NCBI GenBank assembly: GCA_964605735.1 | Contig: CAZSDS010000001.1 | Span: 198,771-262,770, forward strand | Direction: 5' to 3' | Source: an uncultured Candidatus Saccharibacteria bacterium | Lineage (GTDB): Bacteria; Patescibacteriota; Doudnabacteria; UBA920; O2-02-FULL-48-8 | DNA: 64,000 bases | In this document: positions 62,606 through 64,000 of the stretch, piece by piece | Layout of the letters: each line of letters begins with the position of its first letter | How positions within the stretch are numbered: the stretch's first letter is position 1 | The notes under the pieces: generated by a model | The model's database searches: none | The model's input: only the letters and a program-made list of their open reading frames with translations | What the model was told of the DNA's origin: nothing | Made by a program: the position numbers and the translations under genes

Positions 62606-64000
62606 TTATTTTCTAAGCTGTTTAGTCTCCTCTATCAGCGCCTGGATCATGTCTATACCGGCTTGCCAGAATTTACGGTCGTTTAAATCTATTCCTAATG
62701 GAGCAAGCAATTCCTGAGGCGAAGCAGTTAATCCAGCCTTCATCAGTTCAATATATTTAGGAACAAAAGCCTGTCCTTCCTGTTTGTATTTAGCGTACAG
62801 CGCGAAAACCAGCATTTCACCAAATGCATAAGAATAGACATAGAATGGCCAATGGAAAAAGTGCGGAACACTTCCCCACCAGTGCTTATAATTTTCAGTA
62901 AAGCTCATTGACTTGCCGAACATCTGAGTTTGCGTATCCAGCCAAAGCTGGTTGATAATCTCCGGCGCAAGCTCTCCGTCTGTTTTATGTTTATTGTGCA
63001 AAGCCATTTCAAACTGGTGCATAGAAGTTTGCCGGTACACGGTTGCGATTATGCGCTCAATCTTTCCGGCATACAGACTAAAAAGCTCTTCCTTGTCGGT
63101 AATCTTTTCTTTCAAGTCATCAAACAAAAGCATTTCAGCAAACACACTGGCAGTCTCAGCCAGAACAAGAAAAGTGCCATAGTTTGTAACGGGCCTTTCA
63201 CTCAGATACAAGTCATTGATACCATGTCCCAGCTCATGTGCCATTGTGCTAACATCTTCAATCCGCCCTTTATAGTTAAGCAGAATAAGCGGGTGTCTGT
63301 CCGGAGTTCCTCCCTGACAGTAGGCTCCGCCCCGTTTCTCAGGCATAACAGGAGCGTGAATCCATGAATTGTCAAAAAACATTCGAGCCTTCTTCTCAAA
63401 TTCAGGAGAAAACTTCCGGAAAGCATTTAAAACAAGATCTTTAGCTTCTTCGTAACTGAAATGGGACTTGCTCTCAGAAAATGGGGCATACCGGTCATAA
63501 TCAAACAGATGGTCATACCCAAGCCATTGTTTTTTGTGGTTGTAATAATCTTCCACCAAAGAATAGTTGTCAGAGACAACGGAAACCATAGCATCAACCA
63601 CTTTTGGGTCAATATCATTGTCCAAATGGCGGGACTGGTCCGGTGTCGTGAATTTTGTCAGACTGTCGTTAATCTCCTTATCTTCCACTAGGGTATTCAT
63701 GATAAAAGCGGTAAGTTTTGATTCCTGATTAAGTACCCTCCCGATTGATTCACTTGCGGCTTTCCGTTTTTCTCTGTCAGAATCATGCAAAAGATTGGAA
63801 ACTTCTTCAATAGTGTACTCAACTTTTTCGCCATCCACCTGCAAAGGGAACCTCAACCTAGTTCTTTCTTCGTCAAAAAGTCTTCCAAAAGCACTGGAAC
63901 TCGTTAAAGATTTTTTCTGCAAAATAATCTCTTCCTGTTCCGACAATCTGTGCGGTTTGAAAATAATCATTCTTTTCAAATAATATCGGTACTCTGAAAG
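62606..64000 (-). CDS. M3B oligoendopeptidase F (5' end outside the window)
   Basis: KRGGAYC, AHELGHG and LAETAS.F.E, HF....FYVYSYAFG motifs; frame open to the window end. Confidence 0.93.
   Translation of the reverse strand, partial: LSEYRYYLKRMIIFKPHRLSEQEEIILQKKSLTSSSAFGRLFDEERTRLRFPLQVDGEKVEYTIEEVSNLLHDSDREKRKAASESIGRVLNQESKLTAFIMNTLVEDKEINDSLTKFTTPDQSRHLDNDIDPKVVDAMVSVVSDNYSLVEDYYNHKKQWLGYDHLFDYDRYAPFSESKSHFSYEEAKDLVLNAFRKFSPEFEKKARMFFDNSWIHAPVMPEKRGGAYCQGGTPDRHPLILLNYKGRIEDVSTMAHELGHGINDLYLSERPVTNYGTFLVLAETASVFAEMLLFDDLKEKITDKEELFSLYAGKIERIIATVYRQTSMHQFEMALHNKHKTDGELAPEIINQLWLDTQTQMFGKSMSFTENYKHWWGSVPHFFHWPFYVYSYAFGEMLVFALYAKYKQEGQAFVPKYIELMKAGLTASPQELLAPLGIDLNDRKFWQAGIDMIQALIEETKQLRK

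Overview
A gene-dense bacterial chromosome segment read in the standard genetic code, with most genes on the minus strand. Gene content and style suggest a small-genome Patescibacteria/CPR organism (inference). Housekeeping content includes fmt/def, gltX, a Dus enzyme, an ABC exporter, pyrG, rpmA, rplI, ftsEX, prfB with a programmed +1 frameshift, dut, secE-nusG-rplK-(extra gene)-rplA, gyrB, a UvrD-nuclease fusion, rmuC, murE, a CCA-adding enzyme, a complete F1Fo ATP synthase operon and four tRNAs. I saw no CRISPR array, integrase, transposase or prophage. The most notable unexplained element is an orphan, apparently non-coding transcription unit at 32175-32520 (minus strand). It has its own promoter and terminator, a terminal stem starting at the predicted +1 and several GNRA-capped hairpins, and I could not match it by eye to RNase P, tmRNA, SRP or 6S RNA. 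Other highlights: a symmetric dif-like site next to an AT-rich AbiV-family gene; a structured element bounded by a duplicated tRNA-Thr 3' end; a monomeric mitochondrial-type PheRS with a detached PheT-type OB domain; a tmk-thyX-dcd block; three tandem beta-carbonic-anhydrase-like genes after the atp operon; an unannotated 22-aa Lys-rich peptide; and two distinct expression architectures (leaderless genes versus self-contained SD-led genes). All calls are by eye from motifs; no searches or folding programs were run.
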